A stretch of DNA of 64,000 nt, taken from Yuukianura sp. NJ FZ-2021 (Eukaryota). The notes under the pieces are model-generated. The model saw only the letters and a program-made list of their open reading frames with translations, did not search any database and was not told the DNA's origin. The translations under genes were made by a program, and so were the position numbers. Below, piece by piece: positions 37,850 through 50,197 of this stretch. Position 1 is the first letter of the stretch. Every line of letters starts with the position of its first letter. The stretch is taken from NCBI GenBank assembly GCA_046563655.1, contig CM102288.1, forward strand, positions 1,984,001 through 2,048,000, given 5' to 3'.

Positions 37850-39053
37850 GATTTCCAATACACAACTTGTTCAAAATGGCTTCATTTTCGAAAAATCTAG
37901 ACAAGATCGACAAAGAGACAAATTTTTGAACTTCCCTTTCACTTGAAATCAATTCATTTGTACAAACTTTTGTCTCTGGCGTAGATCAAATTAATTGCAG
38001 TGAATGTCTGTGATTATAGACTAGAATGGCTGGAGTTTATCTGCAGCGTATCTGCAGCCCACTGCTGTCATTTCGACCTATCGAACTGTCCAGGAAGAAC
38101 AACAAATGGATAAAACATTGGTTTCCTTTTTCAGTCCAAATGGAAAGTATTAGGGAAATTGGGCATTAAAAATTAAGAGGCTCTCTTTTCCACCAGTGCT
38201 GGCTTTCACTCGAGGAGAAAGTTATGGATTTATTGATCCAAATGCTTTTCGATAAGGTTGACCTTACTTAAACCTTTTGTCAAGTTTAATGTTGTTCCAA
38301 TTTAGGCTTCATGTAGACAAGTCAAAACAAGGAGGTCATTTGTAATTTAATGAACCGATTCATATTTCAGCGATTTCTCAAAAATGCTCTCAAAAAAAGA
38401 TTCTCCTTGCAAACTGTCGCAATAAATGAGAAGGCAGAGGGAATTTTTTCAGCATTTAATGTCAATCTTCTTGAAGGAATTTTTGAAAGAAATATTTTCG
38501 AATTTATTAGCAAAAGTCCTCAGGATTCCTTTTGAAACTTAAAAGTGGATAAACTGTACGTAGTCTCAAACCAGCGTTTCTTTAGGCGGCACCAAATTTC
38601 AATTTTAGAACAAAGGGAAAAGCGAAAGCGAAAGCCAAAATGGTGAATTTAAAATTCCTGAATTTAAAATGTCAAATGCAAATTCGAGTGGCGGGAAAAG
38701 AGACCTGAGTTTGAAACGCAAGAAATTTGAATTTTGAAACTGAAAAAACATCGTTATCGTTTTCATATAATTGATACATAATTTTTATTAATTATAATAA
38801 ATAATTAGATATCAACTAACTAATTAACGGGTTAACTAGTCACGAGTCACGACTACATTAAAATCATGTACATATATTTGATAAATTTGCCCATACCGGA
38901 TGCACAAAACCAAAGTGAATGGAGTGAAGTGCGAAGTAGCGCTTTCCTAGATTGGCTGTTTTGCGACGAAATCAAGTCGATTTTTAATCAGCACTTTAAA
39001 AATTGGTTAATTAACTTACTAATTAAATTAAGACACCTTGTTTAAAACTAAAA

Positions 39054-42000
39054 ATGGGGCGTGATAAAGGGCAGGGGCGAGTCAAAGGAAATGCAAAAGT
39101 AAGCTAAGATTCCAAGTAATTTGTTTCGTTTTTTTTATATTTTGCTAAACAATTTTTGTTTAATTTTTGCTTGACAGCCGGCAAGCTCTGGACGTAGCGC
39201 AGAATTAGCTACAACTGCTGGTACATTGACATTTGCTTCGTTATCAACTGGAAGCGCTAGTGCAGCATTTGTACCGTTAATTCCTGAACCAGACGATACT
39301 GGATTGGATCCAGCTGTTGCACTGATTTTGAGAAAATTGGGAAAGAAAGACACTACGACAAAATTAAAGGCGAGTTTAGTTAAAATATTGGAGATTAACT
39401 AAATTATGGTAGGATTCTAATTTTAGTTGTATTTTTATAGGCCCTTGCAGAATTGAGTGATACTTGTAAAAATGACGAGACACTTCCGATGGTTGTGTTG
39501 CCATACTGGCCAAAGATTTATGCTCGACTGGCTGTCGACGATTCCAGAAAAGTGCGAGAGCTGGCCCACGGTTTACTGGAAACAATTGCTACGGCTGTTG
39601 GACGAAACTTAGCACCACAAACCAAACTACTCATTCCCACCTTGTTCCTCAGCGTCAGTGACACATTTGCTCCAGCGGCATCAGCAGCCAGATCAGCCTT
39701 CAGTTCCATTTTTCCCACAGAAGAAAAGCAGAAACAAGCAATTACTTTTTGTTTGGCTGAATTGTCAACGATACTCAACGAACGCCTGATTTACACTACC
39801 GAACTAGGGAAAATCACATTTCTTGATGGACTCAACAGACTTCTACGACTTGGAATTGTTGAAGAATTGTACGAAACACTGGATTTTGCATTGACACATC
39901 AAGCATTTTGGGCTATGGGAACAAACGAGTCGCCAGTTGTAAGTTTAACACAAGCAGAACACAATCGTATAAAAATCACAATATTTTTTACGAAATCGGT
40001 GCTTTTTCAGGTTCGTAAAACGTTTTTCGACGTCGTGTCATCCATAGCAGAAACGGCTGGAAACCGAATTCCTAAATCCAAACTTGCAGCAACTCTGAAG
40101 CAAGGATTTGAGTCAGAGCGAGTCGAAGTACAAAGTTTATGGAACTGTTTTCTTACACTGGCAATCAACGGAGTAGTCGAGGAAAAAACTACAGCAGAGG
40201 CTCAAATCATTCTTTGTACCAAGAATTCCTTTTATGGCCATGCATCTCAACTTGGACCACTTTTGTTGCCAATTGTCGCTAAATTAGGAGTGCCACCTCA
40301 AATATTCGAGTCCTTAGAAGAGGGGTAAGTTTTTGCACTGTTGGTTTTCTGCTAGACACTCGCTGAATTTGTCAATGTTGTGTTTCAGGTTTATTTTGGA
40401 GAAAAGTCACGTTGAACGACAAGCTATCGTTAGAACTTACGCTGAAATCTTGAGTTTCTATTACAAAGAAACTGAAAAAATTCCAGAAAGTGCTTTTCCT
40501 TTCGTCACTTCACAACTAGCTACAATGACCGAATTCGGAAGGACTTTGAGTGCCCTAGTAAAGAAAGACGCATTTTATGACTCTTTTGCTCAGTTTTGCC
40601 TGGATCGAACCGAAGTAATGCAAAATCCTAACCTTGGAGCCTTCATAATTTCATTCTTCAAAGACAAACGCAGTGTCAAATTTTCCAACCCGAATGAACA
40701 GAAATCCGTTTACGAATCTATAGTTCAGAAAGAATTTCTTCGTAAACTGTCTCTCGGAATGCTGCATGTCAAGAACTACGTCGCCTTCGGAGTCATCGCT
40801 CGATGGCTTAGTGGATCTTCATTTCTATCCGAACTTTTCACACCTTCGGACATCCCTAACTTATTCAACTTTGGAGAAGAAGATGACAAAGTGGTACAAC
40901 TACGCCTAAGTCTAGAATTAATCAAATCGTTTCCAGAAAGTCCAGAAACGTTGGCTCTCCTCGCTTCAATTTTCCCAGGATTCAAAGATTCCACTGAGCA
41001 CTTGGAAGTATTTGCTCGTGAAATTGAACCGTTTGATAAAATTCCGGAATTCAAACGCTGGTTGAAGTCTGGCGTGTTCAATGACGAAGTTGTCCTGAAA
41101 TCAAATGCACTTTCCAAATATGTGCTTGGAAGAAAAGAAATTTTTGGAGAAGGAATGGTCCAAGCAAAACTGGAATTGCTGGTGTCTTGTCCACAAGATC
41201 ATTTGGATTTGGCCAGAGAGCTGCTTCATGATACTTCTGGAAGTTCAGTCGATATGACACCGTTTTTCATAGCCATTTGGGATGCTTTTCTGGATGACAA
41301 AAGTGGTGACAACTCAAGACTGGAAGAAACGGCGTGTCAAATTGTCCAAAAACGTTTTGTCCCCAAGAGTGTACTTTATTCCAGAATCAACGAAAACGCT
41401 GGAGAAGTGGAGCGATTAGAAGATTTGACTCGGCTGATTGGAATTGCTCAAAAATTAATGAGTGAGCAACAGGTCGACGTCGATGAAATTTCTGTGGCGA
41501 TTGATCCCGATTTACTGGTGAGTTTGAAAATACTTGCATAGCTTCGATTCTTTGCTGTGCTCTTGTATTTTCATTCAAAAAAGAAAAAAAATCATAATTT
41601 TCCGTTGTTGCTTTCAGACTTTTCGTGGATTTGGATTTTCGACTCTGAAGACACGCGATTTCACGATTCCTGCCGACTTCGACGTGTCGAAAGTCCTTCG
41701 TCAAGTGATTCTGAATGCCGAAGTGATCCTGGATGACGACGTTATAGACGAAGATGAGATGGGAACCGTTGGATCCAACCTACTGTATGCAGATACACTG
41801 GTTGACATTTCCAAGGACGCCAAAAGAAGAACATGGGAATCATCTGCGATAGGAACAACTGAAGCAGAAATTTATGACAAAGTGACCACTCTCTTGTCAA
41901 ATATTTTAGAACAATTTGCAAAAAGCAATCAACTGAAACAGTTCTGGAAGCATGTCCTTGAGAACACCAGCGATGCAATCTGGAATTCAAAATATCCTGT

Positions 42001-43935
42001 TATGAAACTACTCAAAATTTGTCAACGAATGGAGCTGCCTTGTCCTAAGCAATTTATCCCAAGTGAGTTGAATGATTTGCTGAAAGAAATTAGTTCCAAA
42101 AGTGTTTTGGATTTGGTACACAAGCTAAAAATTGATGAAAATCCACCGTATGAAAAAGTAATTGAAATTATCACGGCCAAGAGGAACCAAAATCCGGAAC
42201 TTTTTCATTTTGATGCACCATTCAACACTCTTCAAGAAGAAAACAAGGATCAGTTAATTGGTATCTTGGAAATTGTGGTAAAAAGCTTTCATAAACAGAA
42301 AACTTCTCGTTAACTAAAATTTAAGAAAAAATAATTTCTCATTTTTGAAAAACTTGTTTTTATACATGACGTCTAGATTGCTCTGATTGGCAAAAATGTT
42401 GAATTTGCTTCGGTCGCAAGTTGCTGGGTGTCGGCATGGTTGAAACAGGCTGCAGACAAGTACGACAGTGACAAAACGTCGTTTTTATGGATATCAAAAT
42501 TGGTACATGAGATTTTTTTTAAAACAGATTTTCTAAATAATTGTAAGTTTTTCTAAACATTTTGTAATTTTTTTTTCTGATTTTCAGAGTCACGCTGTGG
42601 TCCTTCTAACAAAATTTTCTAAAACTGAAACTCCGTTTTCAGTGGAATTTGCTGAATTTCATGCTCTCAATATCTTCCCAGCAGTTTACAAACATTTTCT
42701 GCAACTAGCAGCATCTGAAGAATACTGGGCAATTGAAGCTGCCGAAAACGTTGCTGACGCCGTTAGACTAATTCCTGTGACTATTCTGAATTCTTTGCTA
42801 GAAGAACCGTCCAAAGCCTTTGAACTTTTTTTGCCAGTAACACTTCGGCCAGAAATCATTTTCAAAGTGGCTGGCCACTCCCTCCTATCAAAAGTCACTC
42901 TCACAAAAGAAATTCTACCGCGAGAATTCGAAGCTTTTTCAAAACGATTTCGACGTGGTGGCCCACGGTCAGAAGAAGCCAAGGTTTCATTTCTACTGCT
43001 CTGGGATTCTCTTCTACGCGCTCAACCAAATGCTTTTGAACTTGCAAATTATGTCAAAGAAGATTACTTACTTCCGCAAGCCCTTAATCTAATCTTTGGC
43101 GACATTTTGGATTCCTCTGCAATTCCTTCACTCAAGACCTACTTTGAACTGGAACCAACAATTACTTGTCGCAGTTTGTCTCCAATAACACATTTGGCTG
43201 CCTGGGTACTTCAAAATATACTGAGAATGTTGCCGTATACTGTGAGATGGTGGTGGGCTTCACTTGGAAATAAAGGAACAAAAGCCCATGTGGAACGAAT
43301 TACTACGAAATTTCTGTCGGCGAAACTTGCTGCTGAGGAGCTCAACAAAGTGAAATGGGGAGATGGGGAAGGTGACAATGTCACTGTAAGATTTGAAGTT
43401 TTAAGATTTTCAAAATTTTGAAAATTTTATGAAAAATGTGTTGTTTTTTTTTGTTGCAGGTCAACAGTCACCCTGGTTGTAATGAACTCATAGCACGCTA
43501 CAAAATTGAAGAGACTTCAGTCACTCTCAAAATTACTTTGCCGCTGAATCATCCACTTGGCCCTGTTACTGTTGTAGCTTCAGATAAAAAAATTCATGCT
43601 CGGATTTCACAACTGCTCAACACGCGTTCACATTCTCTAGCAGCAGGACTCCGAATTTGGAAAGAAAGTTTGGATACTGTTTACAAAGATGCTGACGAAT
43701 GTGCAATTTGCTTCTTCATTCTGCAGCATCAAACAAAGCAATTACCAAAACTCGGATGCAAAACGTGCAAAAAGAAGTTTCATGCTGCCTGTCTCGTAAG
43801 TTTTTCAAAAAAGTAGGCTCAAAGTTCATAAACTTTTGAAAACTCATTTCTTTTCGTCTTTTTTGAAAATTTTAGTACAAGTGGTTCAGCACGAGCAACA
43901 AATCGGAGTGTCCGTTATGCAGAAACTTGTGGTAG
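39054..43935 (+). CDS. Ltn1: E3 ubiquitin ligase listerin (ribosome quality control)
   Basis: N-terminus RVKGNAK|PASSGRSAEL, LRKLGKKDTTTKLK|AL and WPKIYARLAVDDSRKVRE; RWD-like region; C-terminal RING ECAICFFIL...LPKLGCKTCKKKFHAACL|YKWFSTSNKSECPLCRNLW. Confidence 0.95.
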
Positions 43936-44822
43936 AATTGGCTTCGTGAGTTCCGAAAGCACTGAAATAATTGAAATTAATCGTCGCTACTTTTTTTGTG
44001 ATATTTCAAATTGAATTTAAATTCAGGAAAATTAAACAAAATTAAAGGTCGAATTTCAAAATTTGATTTTCAATTTTCCATTGTTGGAACATGATTTGAG
44101 TATTTTATTAGCGAAAGAGTTTGTTTTTGTTTTTTGTGACTTAAGTTTCTAAAACGTCCGTAATTTCCTTTTTTTTTGGAAGTTTTTGTTAACTTATGGG
44201 ATTGAGATCTAATTATTTTGTGTAATTTTGTGTGATTGATTGGCAGAGAGGCCTTTGTCCACAATCCTGAGGCTTTTTGTTGGGCTTTGGGCAGTGGCTT
44301 GTAGTGTAAATCCAGAAAAGGACCTTGAGCTCCATGCACACTTAACGTAATTCATCGTTTTTTAGTTATTTTTAAGCAGATTTGGCTAGCAGGAGATTCT
44401 AAGGGACGGGGGTACTTAGCTCGCGGTGTCTAAGGGCCCGAGGATTGTTTAAGTCTAAATGGGGGAACGAGCGGGTGAGAATCTCCTATGGTAAGCTAGT
44501 ATAATTATTACCCAGCTCTGCCACCAATTGGTTAATGCTTACAATTTGATTAATTACTTATGAATTAATCGATTAATCGATCGATTTTAATTAATTTTTA
44601 GATCTAAGGAGGAGCAAGAGGTTTGTTTTTTGGCCGACCTGCGGCCGAAGGACTTTTTTGTTCTTCCTACTGCAACAAACAGGAGGAAAAACCAACCCTC
44701 ACACTTATTTTGTGTTGTTTACGTTTTATATACGTAGTACTTTGCGTTAATTTTTTGACGCAAAGTGAAGTTTGTGTCGTATATGTCTCGTCTTTGGCAC
44801 TCGCTTTGTCCGGTTTTGATTT

Positions 44823-47800
44823 TTACAAGCGCATGTCCTCTTCTGAGTCTTCAGTGGCAGGTCGTCGTCGAGGAACTGGCGTTGGAGCGTAGTTGGGGTG
44901 TTCGGAGATTGCGTAGTAGTTACCTGGTAAGCCCAAATTAACTTAAAGTCAAGTCAATTAAATTAATCCTAACTTAATTAAGTTGATTAATTGTGTTTTT
45001 TGTTTGGTTTAGACTAGGGGTGTAAATCCGTCACCGTTTTTTCCAAATCCAGATTTCGGATTTTGACGGATTTTGATTAAAAAATCCGGATTTTAACTCA
45101 GAAGTGCGGAAAAGGTTGGTGTTTCATGCTGCCTTGAAATAATTTTACCGAAAGTCAAAATTTCCGTTTTTGATGTCGAATTTTCAATGGGTTATAGCGT
45201 CAAATGGCACAAAGAATTCGTCAAATTCGGATTCGATTATTTTCAAATCCGGATTTAGAAGAATCCGAATTCGCCAAATATCCGAATTTACATCCGAAAC
45301 TAAAATCCGGATTTACACCCCTATTTTACACACATTTGGACTTACCATTATACAGAACTCCGATTTCTCGAAGTTGGTCTCCCCGGATTTTGGCCTTGAT
45401 GGCCCAGTTGAAGGCATTTCGTCCTTCGTTTTCTCGAAGAAGACTCTCAACGTCCAGGATTTTGGCTGAGAGACGCTCCAGAATAAGCCCAATGTCTTTG
45501 ACTGACAAATGATTCCGAGCGTCCGCTCCGAGTCGATCTGTAAGGAGAAGCCACTTGGGGGAAACGAGTCGTTCCTCCTTCTCTGAAGTCGTTTCTTCTT
45601 CAGACGACTCTGTCGTAGTGGAAGCGGGGTCAACTGTTGAGCATTTTGAGTAGGAGGGTGGAGGCACCCCCAGATGAGCAGCAGAACCCCCCTTCTTCCC
45701 CACGAGCAGTCCATTCTTCTCGTCGTTGAGTCCGAGGAAACGGACGTGGAGGGGTCGATGGCCAAGGGCCGCCGAGGACCCTGGAACGGGGGACGGGGGT
45801 GGAACGGGTGGGAAGAGACGAACCCCCTCCGGCGGGTGGGGTGGGGGGTGTTGCTCAATGGGGGAAGTGGCCACGGTTTTGTGAACCTAGTGACAGGAAA
45901 CGAAAAAAGACAAGATGGGGGGATGGATTGGTGAGTTCGGGAGGTCAGAGGGGTTACCTGGGCCATTGGTTATGTTATGAGTTAGACTGGGGTTTCTTTC
46001 CGCCCTGGCCCCACCCAGGAAACCCCTCCACCCACGCTCTGAAACACATCAATCCATCAAACAAAATTCCAAAAGTTGGGGGGCTCAATTTTCAAAAAAA
46101 ACGGCGGCTACAATTCGTCAGTGTCCATTTTACGCTTTACGCATTTTTCGACAAAGTACGACAAAAAACTTTTACTGAAACGCAATTTTTGCAATTTGTA
46201 GTGTGGCGCAAGCAATTAAACTGTATGCTAGACTTGGTCATGCTTCTTTCGAGGTTTACGAAACTGAAATTTTTGAAAAAATGGTAGAGAAAAAATACGG
46301 AGAAAAATTACTGACTTCGAAGTTATTGTCTTCGTAAACATGAAATTGAAATTAAATTGAAATGTTTTTTTTTCTTTCGAATTTTTTTCAGGCAAAACTT
46401 TGCAAAATTCGCATCTTTCTTGATGTTTGAATGCAAAAATTTTAGGAACTTTTGAAGACAAAAATTGGAAGCCATTTTTGGAATTCCTTGCAGATTTGGG
46501 TAATTTAAGTATTAGTTAGCTTCGTTAAGGTCTTAATTAATGAAGGATTAAATTACTTTTGATTAATTGATTTACCTGTATTTTCCGACCTTCTTCATGA
46601 AGAGCACAGCAATGGAAGTCACAATGGGAAGAGTCAGGGCTACCTCTTCCGCCTGGACCATGAGGGGGATGTGGCGGCAGATGACCTCTTCAAAAATGTA
46701 AATAAAATGTAATAATATAAATTAATTAATTTATAATATTTTTTAATAGGTACCTCTGGGAACACTCTGGCGTATGGAGATGGATGGTTCCTGAGGCAGT
46801 TGATTCGAGTGATGAGGATCCTTGGTTCGGGAGTCTCGGAATGGCTCTTGGCAGTGGCATGATGGGTCCTCCGGAGAGTCGCTGATGCGGTGGGATCGGT
46901 GGTGGGGCAGCTCTGATGTGGTGGGGCACATTGTCATAGTGTGCCTCATCATGACTTATCACAGTGATGGTAGGAGCTAGGGCTGATGGACCACCGCGAC
47001 CATTGATCACCGTCTCCAGTTTCCCATCTTTCGTTAGGAATGTTCTCGTCACTCCGCGACTTGGACCCCAACCCACTGAACCTCAAATTCACAACAAAAG
47101 AGAGGTCAGAGGTCATCTCCTTTTTTCTTAGGTCAACACAAAGACACTCAAGTGAACATGAAATCTAATGTGCGTTACGTGGTGGCTGGGTGGGTGGTTC
47201 TCGTGACTTGTGCGTTGAAGCGAGCGGGGGACGCTGATCCCACGTGAGTACAATCGTAATCCTTCCTCGGGATTCGCTGATTTTCCAGGCAGGAACTTCG
47301 TTTTGAAGGTCAAGGGAAGAAATGGCTTCACAGACGATCCGAGGAATTGACGAAAGCGCTATGGTGGCACACAAACAAGAAACAGAGAAACACAAACCGA
47401 CTTAGAAGACTCCACCCACCCATCATCCACTTAACACTAACACAAACAACTAATTCCACCAATAGGACCTCACGAAACACTTAACAAGTGACATACTGTG
47501 CACCTAAGTTAATTAAGTTAGTTAATTGTCAATTACCTGCTCGAATGACATCCACTCCTGCAGGACACCAGCGCTCTCCTGGCCTGAGTAATAGGAAGAC
47601 AGTGTTGTCCGGAAGTGATCGGAAATCTGCCAAAATTTCAAAAAATTGAACTGAACTCTTTTCCAAAAGAATTGTCAAATTGGCAAAAATTTGAACAAAT
47701 TGAAAGCTGCCTTGATTTTTTTCCTTGAAAATGTAAAAACCATGAATAAGTGGTCATAGGTGAAACGTAGTCGTTTTGTTTTGGGATTCGTGTTAGACCG

Positions 47801-48318
47801 ATAAAAGTGTAGAAAATTTAATATTTTTGAAAAATTTTCAAACTGGTCGAAATTTTGTGTCTTTTGTTTGTTTCTTTTTTTTTGTATTTTTGATTTTTTT
47901 TTTGTAAAAAGAACGCTATTTTTAAACACGTTAAGTCAAGAAGGTGTTTGTTCTTACATTCAGAGTCGTCGACTTGTGTCCCATCAGCCTCCAGAACCGA
48001 TTTGACACTTTCATGCCCACTCAATCCCAACTTTTCTCTTCCTGGGAAGTACATTTTCAAAAAAATTCCATTTAAATAACTTAGTTTTTTCGAAATTTGT
48101 TTTTTTTTTAATTTTTGACCTTGACCCCACCACACTTACCCCTAACAATGAGCTCTTCTAGTGAAGAGACCACAAGGGCTTTCCTCGCTGCTCTCGAACT
48201 GTCCCAGACCTTGAACGGCCGTCTCGATCTGGAGGCCTGGAACACCAAAAACCAAATGAACTTAGTTTTCTCCTGCCACGAAAGTTAGTTTAGGTTGACC
48301 TCTGACCTCTCTGGACAT
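44823..48318 (-). CDS. Drep2: CIDE-N domain protein, DNA fragmentation factor-related protein 2
   Basis: MSRE|ASRSRRPFKVWDSSRAARKALVVSSLEELIVR|GREKL...VLEADGTQVDD, FRSLPDNTVFLLLRPGERW, CDFHCCALHEEGR, HLSVKDIGLILERLSAKILDVE, and IGVLYN|GNYYAISEHP. Confidence 0.88.
45015..45323. mobile_element. hAT-type MITE (309 bp) in the last intron of Drep2
   Basis: Perfect 16-bp TIR taggggtgtaaatccg / cggatttacaccccta. The 8-bp flanks gtttagac and ttttacac match 6/8 (decayed TSD). Many internal ATCCG/CGGAT subterminal repeats. Confidence 0.8.
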
Positions 48319-49382
48319 GACGACATCTCCAGCTGCTTGCCCCACTCCTTAGAAGTTGTTCTGCTGACACACTGACACTCCCCCTCCCACCAGTTTAGTC
48401 CAAGGGAGTATCAGCTCCAGCTCCCTTCTTCCACTGGACCACTTTCTCCAGCACTCCAGCAACTCTCGGACTGCTGGAGAACAAGGGGGGTTGGATAGGT
48501 TAACCTAGTCGTAACAGCTTCACAGACTCATGCAGTCGGCATCCCTCGGCAGACCTACTTCTGCTCGGCCCAAATCAATGGGAAGCTCATCCTTGTGACA
48601 CACTTTCCCCCGTAGCCTAACTGTTATGCCTAACCAGCATAGAGAGCCTTCAAGGTCCATAAAACACTTTCACCACACCACACAAGGGCCCCCACACTTT
48701 CACCTGCGCCCTTCCTTCCAGCAAAACCAAAAGTCACTCGACTAAGGCGAAATTCCTACACACAGAATTGGGTTTCCCTCGTCTTTTTTCGGTTTTTTGG
48801 ACAAGCTAAAAAGTTCAACCGCTGGAGTGTGTCTTGTCCTAAAAGCTTTTTTGAAAACAATTTCAAGTGCACTTGACTCCGAAGAAGGACTTTTCCGTTC
48901 CAGTCCAAAATTTCACAATTTTACACTTTGATGAAAACCATGCGGGCGGAAATTTGTCGAATCGCTGTTTTTGAATAGCTCCTGAAAATTTGAACTTGGG
49001 AATACTTTTCTTTTATAAAGTCTTAGCAGCGTTTTCGCAGCGATTCAAAGACTGAGTATCTAGGAAACGCTTTTGGAGGAAAACGATGGACTAAAAAAGA
49101 GAAAGTGCGTGGATGATCTCCTTTGGGAGTGTCCGGAAAAACTTTAAGGTCTCTCTACTCCCGCTTCGGTTTTATCCGAAAAACCACGCATACACACGCA
49201 CAAAAAAGTCTTCGATTGACCCCATTTTCACACACTTTCCGGCCCTGATATGCTGCCGACGCTGAAATTCAATCCTGAGTCTGACCTCTAACAAACATAA
49301 AACTAAAAAAAAAATCATCCCGTTCCGGAATTCCTGGAAGAAAAGGTGGATAGAATTGTAGAAAATTGAGTAGAAACATCCC

Positions 49383-49456
49383 ACTAGCCACTAGACCCCC
49401 CCCCCCACTAACCCCCCCTCCCACTAGACTCCCCCCTACTAACCCCCCCCCCCCAC
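49383..49456. repeat. C-tract tandem repeat (cactagac-Cn-actaa-Cn x2); G-quadruplex-prone on the minus strand
   Basis: Four long C runs separated by actag/actaa spacers. Confidence 0.6.
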
Positions 49457-50197
49457 AACTTAGTTTTAGATGTAGGTCATTGACCCAGAACTTGGTTTAA
49501 ACACGAACCAAAGTAGGAAGTGGTGCCAGCCGACGGTGGAAATAGGAAAGTGAAAGCAAACTTTCACTTTCGATTCTTTTTCCAAAAAATTTCCAAAGGT
49601 TTTTCATTTTTGCTCAAGAGAGAGTGACCTGCTCTGCGCATATTTTTATTTCTATATTTTAGCATTTTGTTTCATTAATCATAGTATTTTTTTTTTCTTA
49701 AATTTTAGGAACACCCATTGCATTTTAATTTAAATACTTTTAACACTCATTTTTTTTTCTTTCCATTTAAGTACACTTAAAATTATACTTTTTCAGCTAA
49801 CATCTAAACACTTAACATTTTTTTCTTAGTGGAATGCTTAGTTAACTTTAGGTTTTATTTAGTTTAAGGGTAGTTTTTCTTTGAGGATTGATTTCACTTT
49901 TTCCATTTCCAGCAGGAGAAAGCAAGGGTCGATTTTTGCCACACAGAATCAACACAAGAGACGACGGATTGTTGACCTCGGGGTCACACGCAGACTTTTT
50001 ATGTTTTAGCTACGCACAAAACAAGCAGCAGGAAAACAAACATTTGACGACAACAACGGATGAGACCCCTTTGAAGGATATAAGGGACCCTGACCCCTTA
50101 AGGTTTCCTCTTTCGTCAATTCTGAAGCGTTGCCAACCTATAAGGTGTGATGGATGATGACAAGGTCAAGCCAAGGTCACGAGACTCTCGACTTTGT

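Noticed and set aside
45313..46287. Long overlapping ORFs (217 aa on -, 162 aa on +) at Drep2
   Set aside because: Alternative and antisense frames of a GC-rich Pro-rich exon, extending into intron and MITE sequence.
47077..47090. Apparent GAG acceptor in Drep2
   Set aside because: A canonical CAG 6 nt downstream is in the same phase.
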